A stretch of 64,000 nucleotides of DNA from Candidatus Saccharimonadota bacterium (GTDB taxonomy: Bacteria > Patescibacteriota > Saccharimonadia > Saccharimonadales > OFTM59), in contig JAJDCK010000009.1 in NCBI GenBank assembly GCA_029260855.1, positions 1,233-65,232 on the forward strand. Reading direction: 5' to 3'. The notes beneath the pieces were generated by a model. The model was not told the origin of the DNA. It made no database searches and saw only the letters and a program-made list of their open reading frames with translations. Position numbers and translations under genes: made by a program. Shown one piece after another: positions 25,019 to 34,204 of the stretch; the stretch's first letter is position 1; the number at the start of each line of letters is the position of its first letter.

Positions 25019-25205
25019 GCAATAAACCCGCCCCATCTTAAGTCCTCACAGTAGCTCACGGCCCCCAATCAATCCAAATAACAGATAGATTTGCCAGAAA
25101 TCACATTCTGCTTCCCTGTTAGAGCTGTTAGAGGACAGTCCTCTTTCTCCCCTGCCTAGAATTATGAGCCGTTATTGTGTCCTGTGCAAGGGTCTGGGCC
25201 GTAGG

Positions 25206-25883
25206 CTACTTACACTCCGGCAAAGGTAAATCGTAGTTATACATCTCGGACAAGAAATCATTATTAGCACCGCGCTTTAGGTTAATAAAATCTGGTGGCG
25301 TTTGGCGCTTAGCCACGTCTTTGATACTAAACTGTATATCTACTACTTGGGGCGTGGGCGAAATGCGTATAATGCGGTAAACGTTGTTGTCCTCAAAACT
25401 TTGCATTAGCAGCCAAACACTCTGGAAGCTAGGCTTCATTTTCTGTACTGCCTTGGCTATTTTTACAGGGTAGATTTTTTCACCACTATGCTCCCTAATA
25501 ACCACCAATAAGCGCCTATTTTCCTTGCCATGAGGGCCTTGGTGCTTAATTTTGTTAGCTATAACATCTGGTATTTTATCGCTGTGGCCCTCGTATTCCG
25601 TAACCTGAATGTCGTCAGTTTGGAAAATTGGCTTATCCGGCTCTCCCCAGTTTATGGCCCTAACGTCAACATCAGGGGCAACATCTTCCCGGGGCCGCAG
25701 GTAGTAATCGTAGCCAGAGTGCAGAAACAAGCCCAGGTAAAACTTACCCACATTAAGCAGCTCCTTCTCAACCTTAAAGTGGCTAGGGTGTTCAACGTAA
25801 TCAGGCCCACACTTTTCTATTAGCGCGTTAAAGCGGGCAACGGCATTCCGGGAGCTCATGTAGATTGTGTCCGGATACTTCAC
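25206..25883 (-). CDS. hypothetical protein (orphan)
   Basis: 225-aa ORF with no TM helix and no family I recognise. Acidic motifs (APDVDVRAI ... IQVTEYEGH) are only loosely reminiscent of PD-(D/E)xK nucleases. Confidence 0.5.
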   Translation of the reverse strand: MKYPDTIYMSSRNAVARFNALIEKCGPDYVEHPSHFKVEKELLNVGKFYLGLFLHSGYDYYLRPREDVAPDVDVRAINWGEPDKPIFQTDDIQVTEYEGHSDKIPDVIANKIKHQGPHGKENRRLLVVIREHSGEKIYPVKIAKAVQKMKPSFQSVWLLMQSFEDNNVYRIIRISPTPQVVDIQFSIKDVAKRQTPPDFINLKRGANNDFLSEMYNYDLPLPECK

Positions 25884-25963
25884 TCCTTTATTATAGCTTG
25901 TTAAAGGTGAGCATGTAGGCTGCTATTAGACATATAATATTCGGGTTTTGCTATGATTAGGTC

Positions 25964-26437
25964 ATGTCAGGTATAGAACAAGCCGCATGGACCGCAGCAT
26001 TCACCTTACTGGGCGGCACACTACTTTTTATTTTTGGAGAGTTTGCCAAGGTTCTAATTATTGTGCCTCTCCAGAAGTATAAAGAACATGTTCAGGTCAC
26101 CTTAGACCGAGTTGAGTTTTACTCAAATCAACTTACTAACTTTTTTTCAGAAAAACCGGATAATGAAGAGCTGGAGCGAATGCGACAAATCAGCGCCGAC
26201 CTTCGGTCTGCAGCAACCCAGCTAAAATCAAAATATACAGTAATCTCACTTAACTGGCCCCTAGCAATCATTAGGGTTATTCCAAATAAAAAACAGCTTG
26301 GTGAAGCATGCGGCTGCTTAATCTTTTTATCAAATAACCTCCCTCAACCCGATAGACCCAGAAATCGTGACCCTAAATACGACCAAATAACGCTTAATGA
26401 TAATCGTATTGAAGAAATAAAGGCCTTACTCGGCTGA
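25964..26437 (+). CDS. hypothetical protein with N-terminal TM helix (orphan)
   Basis: 157-aa ORF with one N-terminal TM helix (AAWTAAFTLLGGTLLFIFGEFAKVLIIV) followed by a helical region. It is divergent from the previous ORF. Confidence 0.5.
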   Translation: MSGIEQAAWTAAFTLLGGTLLFIFGEFAKVLIIVPLQKYKEHVQVTLDRVEFYSNQLTNFFSEKPDNEELERMRQISADLRSAATQLKSKYTVISLNWPLAIIRVIPNKKQLGEACGCLIFLSNNLPQPDRPRNRDPKYDQITLNDNRIEEIKALLG

Positions 26438-26500
26438 CTGACCTATAAAGTTATGGACCGCCAAGTGGACAAATTATGTTTTTTGTGATATCATAAGTCA

Positions 26501-27013
26501 ATGTTATTTTTATTAACTGGCGGCACTATTGATAAGCAACCTGTCTACCTACCCGATGGTAAGACCTTTGACAATGACTCTAAAGTTTTTGGCGAAACTC
26601 ACTTACCAGAAATGCTAGAAAAAGCTCAGTTTTTAGGCGCTCACTCAATTAAAACCCTCTTTATGATTGACAGTTTGGATATGACAGATGAGCATCGTGA
26701 GCAATTAGAGACTGCCATTGTAGAGACTGACGAAACCCAAATAGTCGTAACTCACGGGACTGATACAATGCCTGAAACAGCTAGTTATTTAAACCGTAAT
26801 GAACGTTTAGCAGCCAAGACTATAGTGCTGACAGGTGCAATGCTTCCATATAGCGTTGGCGAAGAGTCAGATGCGCTGTTTAACCTTGGTAATGCCATTG
26901 CTTACGCCCAAGCCTTGCCATCAGGTGTATATGTTGCCATGAACGGTCAAGCGTTTGAAGCTGATAACGTACGCAAAGACGTTGAAGCTGGTGTGTTCAA
27001 GCCCATAAAGTAG
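26501..27013 (+). CDS. asparaginase N-terminal-domain-only protein
   Basis: 170-aa ORF with LLTGGTIDK (the TGGTI nucleophile motif) and VVTHGTDTM (HGTDT). It lacks the C-terminal domain of type I/II asparaginases. Confidence 0.7.
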   Translation: MLFLLTGGTIDKQPVYLPDGKTFDNDSKVFGETHLPEMLEKAQFLGAHSIKTLFMIDSLDMTDEHREQLETAIVETDETQIVVTHGTDTMPETASYLNRNERLAAKTIVLTGAMLPYSVGEESDALFNLGNAIAYAQALPSGVYVAMNGQAFEADNVRKDVEAGVFKPIK

Positions 27014-27228
27014 TTCCATACCTCTAAAGTAACGGCCCGCCAAACTAATTTATTCGTCACTGAGTTATTGGAATCCAAATTCACATTTTTTCTATCTGTT
27101 AAGGGTCAAACCTCTGTCGCACAGCTCAAAACGCAGGGATGCAGACAGTTTTAGTAGACAGCCATATTTCTAGGCAGTTACCTGGCTTTCCCAAACGGCC
27201 TATTTCAGGCTAGAAGGAGTCTATAGTC

Positions 27229-28326
27229 CTACTGCCGAGGCTCTAGGTCTTCGTTGGTTGGCAGAGTTATATATGTGCGAGCTTTTTGTTGCTCTTTCAG
27301 GTCATTTATATAGGTGTTGATGTCTTTGAAGTTAAATAATATATGGGCACCACGAACTCGGTCCGGGGTTTTTTCTATAGTTTTGACAATTTCCAGCGCA
27401 TACCCGATGTTGATTAAACCAGAAATCTGTCCTGCCTGTAGCGCAAAAAGCGCTTCTGTAGTCTGTGCTGTCAGCTCAGGTGAAGAACGTCCAACGGGAG
27501 CTGGGAATTCTCCGCCCGCTTCTTTTGTGGCCGGATCATCTGAGTACTTCTTGGCTGTCTCGGCAAAATCTGCCCCGGACTGCAACTCTTGCAAGGCCAC
27601 CCGAGCTCTTTCGTTGGTTTCTGCATCTAACGTTGCTAACGCCTTTTGAGTAAGAAGTTGTTGGCGTAAACTACGCTGAAAGTCGTCTACCGACCAGCCC
27701 CAGAAATTCTTCAGAACATCTTCAAATACGTTTTCGTTATTGCCCAATCGATTTTGGGCGCGCACAACTTTTAGCTGATCCTCTACTTCTTGGTTACTAA
27801 CACTGACGTTGCTTTGTTCGGCTAGTTGTTTGATGTATGCGTCATTGACCACTTTTTCCAGGGCGCGTCTTTTGTATTCGGCCAGTTGTTTTTGACCAGC
27901 CTCTGTGTCAAAGTCCAACTCCTGTTGGTTTTCGTAATAATGCATGTAGTGGCGTAGCTCAAAAAGATAGTTCTCGTAAGCTATGAAACGTCCTCCTGTC
28001 CTCGCAATCGGAAACGGGATAACTTGAGTTACACGATAAACGAACGTAGAGGAAGACTGATATCTGTATAACGCCAACGTGCTATAAGTAAAAAAGCCTA
28101 CGATCATAACGATAAATAGCGCTAAAGATATAATTACGATACGATGTTTTGAATGTTGAAGTGGATATATATATTTTCGGGCACTAGATAACACCTCTTC
28201 GCGGTGAGCAGCAACGGTTTCGTTCGTAATACGTGGCATCGATTCTTTGGGCGGCAAAAATTCAGAGAGGCTTTTTTTGTGTCTGCGGCGGTTGGTCAAA
28301 ATATGTTTAATTCTAGGTTTTTTCAT
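27229..28326 (-). CDS. membrane-anchored SurA/PrsA-like parvulin-type peptidyl-prolyl isomerase
   Basis: 365-aa ORF with an N-terminal TM helix, a SurA-N-like helical region and a parvulin-like segment (LQSGADFAETAKKYSDDPATKEAGGEF...GAHILF). Confidence 0.65.
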   Translation of the reverse strand: MKKPRIKHILTNRRRHKKSLSEFLPPKESMPRITNETVAAHREEVLSSARKYIYPLQHSKHRIVIISLALFIVMIVGFFTYSTLALYRYQSSSTFVYRVTQVIPFPIARTGGRFIAYENYLFELRHYMHYYENQQELDFDTEAGQKQLAEYKRRALEKVVNDAYIKQLAEQSNVSVSNQEVEDQLKVVRAQNRLGNNENVFEDVLKNFWGWSVDDFQRSLRQQLLTQKALATLDAETNERARVALQELQSGADFAETAKKYSDDPATKEAGGEFPAPVGRSSPELTAQTTEALFALQAGQISGLINIGYALEIVKTIEKTPDRVRGAHILFNFKDINTYINDLKEQQKARTYITLPTNEDLEPRQ

Positions 28327-28891
28327 CTTGTATTGTCTCCGGGTTTTGAGGATAACTTTCGGTTGTAATGCCTTCTTTGCGGATAATGTCCACTATTTTC
28401 TGTTGCGTCTTGGCGGGATGATGAACGTCATGGATAAATAAATCGCCCATATAAGTCTGTATCACTATTGTACCAAAACCAAGCACGGTTTCCTGCAAAC
28501 CATTTACTTCATAGTTAATTGTCTGTACATGCTGTAGCCCCAGGTCTGAAACACTTCGGTGGAACAAACCTCTCTGTGTAATTTGGATAAATCTCTGGTT
28601 GGTAACGATAAACACGCTGTAATACCAGCCCAGCCACGATGGGAAGAACAAGATTATGCCGATCATGAATCCTGCAGCTAGCCCGCCATAAAGGTAACTA
28701 AACTCTGGTTTTATGAAGGCCGGTACGGTGCCAAGTAATATCGCCAACATGCCCAAAATCAATCCCCGACGCATAACAACGGGATGTTTTCTGAACACGA
28801 ACAAAACATCTTCATCGTCTAACTGATTATCAAAATATTTCTGTCTTGGCGCTGATGTTTTTTGTGTAACTGTTTTTTTATGCTGAACCAT
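28313..28891 (-). CDS. bacterial PH-domain (YdbT/bPH_2-like) membrane protein
   Basis: 192-aa ORF with DEDVLFVFRKHPVVM, then two TM helices, then a PH-like beta region. It overlaps the downstream gene by 14 nt. Confidence 0.6.
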   Translation of the reverse strand: MVQHKKTVTQKTSAPRQKYFDNQLDDEDVLFVFRKHPVVMRRGLILGMLAILLGTVPAFIKPEFSYLYGGLAAGFMIGIILFFPSWLGWYYSVFIVTNQRFIQITQRGLFHRSVSDLGLQHVQTINYEVNGLQETVLGFGTIVIQTYMGDLFIHDVHHPAKTQQKIVDIIRKEGITTESYPQNPETIQDEKT

Positions 28892-29050
28892 ACGTCTTAA
28901 GGTTATCCGGCCTTTGTGGCAAATGCAACAAAATACACACCATAAATATAGTTCGCTTTCTTAGTTTTATCTTAACCTTATCATTTCAGCGGAGTAAGTC
29001 AGGTCAAGAGTTATGGGTTCGGAGCTTTTACGCTATACTGTGCAGGATTC

Positions 29051-29125
29051 GTCCCCGTAGTTCAACGGATAGAATAACTCCGTCCTAAGGAGCAGATAGA
29101 GGTTCGATTCCTCTCGGGGATACCA
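29051..29125 (+). tRNA. tRNA-Arg (anticodon CCU), CCA encoded
   Basis: Manual cloverleaf: GUCCCCG/UA/GUUC-AACGGAUA-GAAU/A/ACUCC-GUCCUAA-GGAGC/AGAU/AGAGG-UUCGAUU-CCUCU/CGGGGAU/A/CCA. Confidence 0.88.
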
Positions 29126-29196
29126 TCAGCAATTAACCACTCCTGTCCGCACGTGTCCAGAAAAAACGGCCCAGTAGTATCACTGGCTAATTTGGC

Positions 29197-29781
29197 TTAT
29201 TTGGCGGTCATGTGATTTTGGTGAATCGTGTTGTATTCAAAGAGTTCGTCCGGGCTAAACCACAGGTCAATTTCAAAGGCAGCCTCTTCTGCATTACCAG
29301 ACGCATGAACAAGGTTACGGATTGGTCGCAGATCATTATTAGCAATTGAAGACGAGTCAAAGGAATAATCACCTGTAATGGTACCTGGTTGAGCCTTCAG
29401 GGGTAATGTATGTCCCCGGATCTTACGAACGACCTCTATAGCATGAGGCCCTTCCAGTACCAAGGCGAACACAGGTGACGAAATCATAAAATCAACCAAC
29501 CATTTCTGTACCTCCAAGCCAATTTTTAGCGCATCCTCGTGGTCGAAATGAGCCTTAGGGTCAATGCCAAGCTCTTTATAGTTGTCTAAGGTTTTTTGGC
29601 CCATGCCTTTTATGAATTCTTCGCGGTCTCGAGGATAATGCTTATTCAACAAATCCTCGGACGGAACAAACATTTTAGCACCGACTAGTTTGAGCCCCAC
29701 TTTTTCAAAACGAGTGACAATGTCACCTATAATGCCCCTTTGTATGGCGTCAGGCTTGATGACCACTAAAGTTCGTTCCAT
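29197..29781 (-). CDS. ndk: nucleoside-diphosphate kinase (long form)
   Basis: 194-aa ORF MERTLVVIKPDAIQRGIIGDIVTRFEKVGLKLVGAKM... with the catalytic-His region RNLVHASG. Confidence 0.85.
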   Translation of the reverse strand: MERTLVVIKPDAIQRGIIGDIVTRFEKVGLKLVGAKMFVPSEDLLNKHYPRDREEFIKGMGQKTLDNYKELGIDPKAHFDHEDALKIGLEVQKWLVDFMISSPVFALVLEGPHAIEVVRKIRGHTLPLKAQPGTITGDYSFDSSSIANNDLRPIRNLVHASGNAEEAAFEIDLWFSPDELFEYNTIHQNHMTAK

Positions 29782-30117
29782 GCATATCCTTTTCTGTTAT
29801 TTTACCCAGTATAACAGATAGAGGTCAAAAGTCTGGAGTGAATTCTTTTAGCCTGCAGGGGGCTGCAAGTGCTTCCCTTTTGACCGACTTCAGAGATTTA
29901 AGGGTGGGAGCCCGGCACCACAAGGATAAAAGTATCAGCAAGATGCCGTACAATGAAGTAGTGAACCCGTTTAATACCCCCTTTTCAGATTCAATAATCG
30001 GATACGACTTGAAAAAGACGTACCGCTCGCTCGCGTATCTATGGATACATTTATCTTGCCTGGTAATTGTTTCAACCTCGCGCCCGGTCATTTCACTTAA
30101 CGAATGTGACACATAAA

Positions 30118-31044
30118 ATGGGTTCTGTGTTGTTCGCTAAAGCTAAGATTGATTTCTTGGAATACATGGAAATCGAACAAAACCGTTCACAAAAAACTAT
30201 CCGCAATTATGACCACTACCTCACACGGCTATCGGATTTTGCAGGCGATATTCGTGTGGGAGATATAGACATAGAGCTCATACGTAAGTGGCGACTGTGG
30301 TTGAATCGTTTGGGGACTAACTCTAGCGATGAGCTGCAAAAAACTACGCAAAATTATCATTTGATAGCCTTGCGTAGCTTCTTAAAATACTGCACCAAAC
30401 ACGATATAGCCGCCCTCCCAGCGGATAAGATTGAGCTTGCCCGAGCTCAGCGTAAGCAAGTAACTTTTTTGAACCCTGAAGAGCTAGACAGATTATTTGC
30501 CCAGCCTAAGATTGATACGATGCCAGGGCTACGTGATCGGGCTATTTTAGAACTACTTTTCTCCTCTGGGCTGCGTGTATCCGAGCTTGTCGGACTGGAT
30601 AAAGAGCACATCAATCTCAAGCGACGAGAGTTCATGGTCCGTGGAAAAGGGCAAAAGGACCGCCCCATATTTATAAGTGAGGGGGCCGCTCACTGGCTAC
30701 AGCAATACATGGACAAGCGCCAAGATACTACGAGGCCACTTTTTATACGATACAGCGGACGTAAGGCGGTTGATACCAGCGGTAATTACCACCGCTTGAC
30801 CGCCAGAAGCGTGCAACGAATGATTGCCAGAAGCGCCATATTGGCCGGCATAACCAAACACGTGAGTCCTCATACCTTGAGACATTCGTTCGCAACGGAT
30901 CTTTTGATGAATGGCGCTGATTTGCGCTCGGTCCAGGCACTGCTTGGTCATAGCAATATTTCAACTACACAGATATATACTCATGTAACTGATCCGCACC
31001 TGAAGTCAGTTCATGAAAAATTTCATAATAAAGAAGCTGGTTAA
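30118..31044 (+). CDS. tyrosine recombinase, XerC/XerD family
   Basis: Contains the SAM-like N-domain (IDFLEYMEIEQNRSQKTIRNYDHYL) and the catalytic residues in the usual order (R in GLRVSEL, HTLRHSFAT, LLGHSNISTTQIYTHV). ATG 30118 is preferred over the longer ORF-track start at 30067. Confidence 0.85.
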   Translation: MGSVLFAKAKIDFLEYMEIEQNRSQKTIRNYDHYLTRLSDFAGDIRVGDIDIELIRKWRLWLNRLGTNSSDELQKTTQNYHLIALRSFLKYCTKHDIAALPADKIELARAQRKQVTFLNPEELDRLFAQPKIDTMPGLRDRAILELLFSSGLRVSELVGLDKEHINLKRREFMVRGKGQKDRPIFISEGAAHWLQQYMDKRQDTTRPLFIRYSGRKAVDTSGNYHRLTARSVQRMIARSAILAGITKHVSPHTLRHSFATDLLMNGADLRSVQALLGHSNISTTQIYTHVTDPHLKSVHEKFHNKEAG

Positions 31045-31079
31045 GTTTTCACTCAGGGCTTATTTAGCCAACGATATGA

Positions 31080-32249
31080 CTATGGATAAGGTGTAGGTTC
31101 TAGTAAATTACATCGCTCCTGACCACCCCATTCGATTGGTACATTTGGAGCAAAAGCAAACCGTTTACAGATACTATCAATACTATGTATAGCAAATTCA
31201 GGATAAGGCAAATCTGTGGCCGATATGGGTACACGGACTTGTATACGACGTAAAACGTCGCTAGATTTACCAGTTGCATCAACCATCGCTTGAGCTGCTT
31301 TTAGCTCCAGCTGAGACGCACCACGAGTAGCGGTAACCGTTGCTGCTGATGGTTTGTAAATAGACTTTAAGCGGAGCATAAACGCGTTAGAGTTTAGACT
31401 TTGCAAACCCGTAATCGTCATATTACACTGCTTGCTTGCCCCGGCTACCGCGGCAGGTCCGCAATTAACTCGAACAATGCTTCCTTGGCGCTCAAATCCG
31501 GGTCGCGCAGTACCACCCCCTACATAAGAAGCCTCGTTCGTTGCGCCATTACTGCTTGACGGCCACGGGTATAAATAAACCGTTGATAACGAATCTAGCA
31601 AGGCGTTGCGCTGCAAAGTGCCCGCGATCGGGACCAAATCCACCCGCATCATGCCAGTGTCGCAGCCAGACGGCCAAATATTGGGTAGTTCCGGTATAGC
31701 GCTAGTGTCATTACACCCGTTCAGATTAGTCCCGCCAGACTTGTCCTGCCAGCCAATAGAGATAGAGTGTATTGCACCCCCGTCCTTAGCAAAAACCGGC
31801 ACGACCCTTGAGCTATTGGTGTCAATATTGCCGTACTCCAAGCTTAAAGGGTCGGGGTCAACTAGCAAACAGGTATAGGATATGGTGTTACCAGTACCGC
31901 CTATTTGATTTACGAGCCCGCCCTTTGTTATAAAACTATTTACTCCCTCACATTTGTCTACATAACTATCAGTATCAAAGTTAAGACCAGTTGCTGCAGA
32001 ATCTTTGAGCTCATCTTTCATGGTTTTTATTGCATCGCTGACGCCGGTTTCCGCTGCATAGAAGGCCTGAGCACTGAGTTGTCGATCAAGTATCTGCCGC
32101 TGTTCTCTCCGGCTTATGCGGGCGAAGCCAATAACTATCAAAGTCAAAATAATCATAATAATCAGGGTTACGATTATCGAGACTAGCCCTTTTTGATCTT
32201 TGTGAAGTGTAATATTTTGCATGGTTTTATTCTTATGCTTAGTTGTCAT
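31080..32249 (-). CDS. PilX/GspK-like large pseudopilin (no Glu+5)
   Basis: 389-aa ORF. QKG|LVSIIVTLIIMIILTLIVIGF is followed by RREQRQILDRQLSAQAFYAAETG, a PilX_N-like pattern. It overlaps the upstream pseudopilin gene by 4 nt. Confidence 0.65.
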   Translation of the reverse strand: MTTKHKNKTMQNITLHKDQKGLVSIIVTLIIMIILTLIVIGFARISRREQRQILDRQLSAQAFYAAETGVSDAIKTMKDELKDSAATGLNFDTDSYVDKCEGVNSFITKGGLVNQIGGTGNTISYTCLLVDPDPLSLEYGNIDTNSSRVVPVFAKDGGAIHSISIGWQDKSGGTNLNGCNDTSAIPELPNIWPSGCDTGMMRVDLVPIAGTLQRNALLDSLSTVYLYPWPSSSNGATNEASYVGGGTARPGFERQGSIVRVNCGPAAVAGASKQCNMTITGLQSLNSNAFMLRLKSIYKPSAATVTATRGASQLELKAAQAMVDATGKSSDVLRRIQVRVPISATDLPYPEFAIHSIDSICKRFAFAPNVPIEWGGQERCNLLEPTPYP

Positions 32250-32950
32250 TTTACACGTTTTTGGACGGTTGTGCTAAGTTCTGCCACTGCGCAGAACTGA
32301 CCGCCGACAGAGTTTGGCAAACATTCACCCGGCAAATCAGGCCCAGGTCGTGCGTTGTCGTTGTCCACTAGTACGTCTTGATGGCCGGCTACAACCCTGA
32401 CTGTAACTTTGTACAGGTTGTCAGTAAGGCAGTCGGACGGATCTGGTGTGGATTCGTTTTTGACGCAAGTCACCTCAAACTTTGTTAAGCGCATATTTGG
32501 TGGCACCAGCTCTCTAGAATCCGTAATAAGGCTACTATTGTTTAGTGGCTGCGGGACGCCGCCCGTGCACGCGCTAGTATCAACAGCCAGCACGTGTCTG
32601 GATTGATTTGGACCTAAAGTATCCGACGAGATCAGTTGATTGTTAAGCACAAAGGCAAAGCGCCGATCGCCAATGCATATATATGACGGGGTCGCAGGAT
32701 TTTCGCTCGGGTCTGACCCCGGGTGAATCATCAAGCCTACATTACCACCGTTAAATTGTATGGTTTTGCTGACTTCTTCGATAATAGAACGCGCAGCTTC
32801 TTGTGTTTTGCTAGAGGTGATACCTTTGTAATAAGTTCGGCCGATCTGGAGGAGCCCAACCGCACAAACAAGAAGCACTACAGAAAAAACCGCACTCGCA
32901 ATAAGCAATTCAACAATAGTAAACCCTTTGTGCCCCACCCGTCCGCTCAT
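32246..32950 (-). CDS. type IV pseudopilin (PilW/GspJ-like)
   Basis: 234-aa ORF with a class III signal HKG|FTIVELLIASAVFSVVLLV (Gly-1, Phe+1, Glu+5). Confidence 0.75.
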   Translation of the reverse strand: MSGRVGHKGFTIVELLIASAVFSVVLLVCAVGLLQIGRTYYKGITSSKTQEAARSIIEEVSKTIQFNGGNVGLMIHPGSDPSENPATPSYICIGDRRFAFVLNNQLISSDTLGPNQSRHVLAVDTSACTGGVPQPLNNSSLITDSRELVPPNMRLTKFEVTCVKNESTPDPSDCLTDNLYKVTVRVVAGHQDVLVDNDNARPGPDLPGECLPNSVGGQFCAVAELSTTVQKRVK

Positions 32951-32963
32951 TGGTCGTGCTTAT

Positions 32964-34112
32964 TTATAGGTCTGTACATGTCTTTACACCGTTTCTGGTG
33001 GAACAAACGGTCCCCGACGACGAACCAGAACTGGGCGAGCTAGGTGAGCTGGGGGCGCTATTGCCTCCGCTCCCCCCGGGGGCGCTATTACTACCACTCC
33101 CTCCGTCTCCGGCATCTCCGTTACACGCATCACCACTTGATCCATCTCCTCCAGCCCCACCCGTAGAAGAATCACCGTCATGACCATGGCCAACAGGGCC
33201 AGGGTGCGCAAAATACGTACTCACCCCACAAACACCCCCAGGAGCGCTAGGATTTGATGGATTGCTAGGTCCAGAGGGTCCTGGTGCGCTGGGAGCGCGT
33301 ACGCTTACAGTTATTGAGCTTATTTTACGTACTCCGTCCCTCCAGCATTCAATTCTAAAGGTAGTCGTATTATTAATCTCGCCCGTGCGCTCGTCTCCTT
33401 CACCATCTTCCACATCGCCATCGTCAAGCCTGCCATTCCAGTTACGGTGATTAGATTGTTCGAATGAAGCTTGGGCATCACAGTAGTCAAACGGACCATT
33501 AGTAGTTTTCCACCTCAACCTTGTGCGACTACCCGGGTCTACTAATATAGCGTCCGCTTCTAGGCTCACACTAGGATCGGTACTTGGAGGCGGAGGGGGG
33601 GGAGGACTACCACAACCAGGGCTACCAGGACACGGAGGAGCAGCTACTAAGACAGCACTAGCCGGGTATAGTCTGTACACAAGTTCAAGCTGATCGTCGC
33701 CCTGACCATTTGCCCGATACCATGTACTATGTATGATGAAATTGTTTTGGCCTACTCTTTCAACACCTATGAAATACTCTGCGCCACCTTGGGGCTTCTG
33801 TGCGCACGTCTCGTACTCTTCAAACTTATGCAAGTTGGGCATACTGGTAAACTTAGTGTATGTCAGGTCTTCATTGATACAAAAAAACGGCTCTGTCTCA
33901 GTAAGTAAGGCTGGCTGGAGCCTAGCAACCGTCTTAAGTCGCTCTAGTTGTTGCTCTGCCAGCTTCAAAGATTCGCCGCGTTCTTGAGCTTGTCTTGTGG
34001 CATTAAGGCTACGGTTACTGGACGCATACGCACCCCCCAATATAACGCTTATGACAGTTATAGAGACAAGAACCTCTATTATGGTATCGCCCCGGATGCG
34101 TAGCTTATTCAT
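32964..34112 (-). CDS. type IV pseudopilin (PilV/GspI-like) with long G/S/P/D-rich C-terminal tail
   Basis: 382-aa ORF with signal IRG|DTIIEVLVSITVISVILGG (Glu+5). It has a poly-Pro hinge (SPPPPPPPS). The C-terminal ~120 aa is low complexity with NSAPGGSG repeats and terminal Cys residues. Confidence 0.7.
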   Translation of the reverse strand: MNKLRIRGDTIIEVLVSITVISVILGGAYASSNRSLNATRQAQERGESLKLAEQQLERLKTVARLQPALLTETEPFFCINEDLTYTKFTSMPNLHKFEEYETCAQKPQGGAEYFIGVERVGQNNFIIHSTWYRANGQGDDQLELVYRLYPASAVLVAAPPCPGSPGCGSPPPPPPPSTDPSVSLEADAILVDPGSRTRLRWKTTNGPFDYCDAQASFEQSNHRNWNGRLDDGDVEDGEGDERTGEINNTTTFRIECWRDGVRKISSITVSVRAPSAPGPSGPSNPSNPSAPGGVCGVSTYFAHPGPVGHGHDGDSSTGGAGGDGSSGDACNGDAGDGGSGSNSAPGGSGGNSAPSSPSSPSSGSSSGTVCSTRNGVKTCTDL

Positions 34113-34204
34113 ATGACACTATTGTAACTGCTATCATTGATTTTGAGTATAGCATAAGGGTGTTCGGTACGCTTTTGATCATACGGCACACCGATTATTT
34201 GAAG

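Noticed and set aside
24681-25036. 66-aa and 86-aa minus-strand ORFs
   Set aside because: They overlap tRNA-Thr, the tRNA-like fragment and tRNA-Gly. They are artefacts of the GC-rich tRNA sequence.
25056-25068. 13-nt identity (ctcacggccccca) to the tRNA-Pro anticodon/variable region
   Set aside because: By my estimate, tens of 13-mer coincidences are expected in 64 kb, and the match does not extend.
29825-30116. Mutually antisense 95-aa (minus) and 92-aa (plus) ORFs in the ndk-xer spacer
   Set aside because: They cannot both be real, and neither has a convincing RBS or family signal. The minus ORF would also run through the ndk promoter. The region is left unannotated but flagged.
32950-33211. 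77-aa plus-strand and 75-aa minus-strand ORFs
   Set aside because: They lie in the repetitive G/S/P-rich tail region of the pseudopilin gene and are compositional artefacts.
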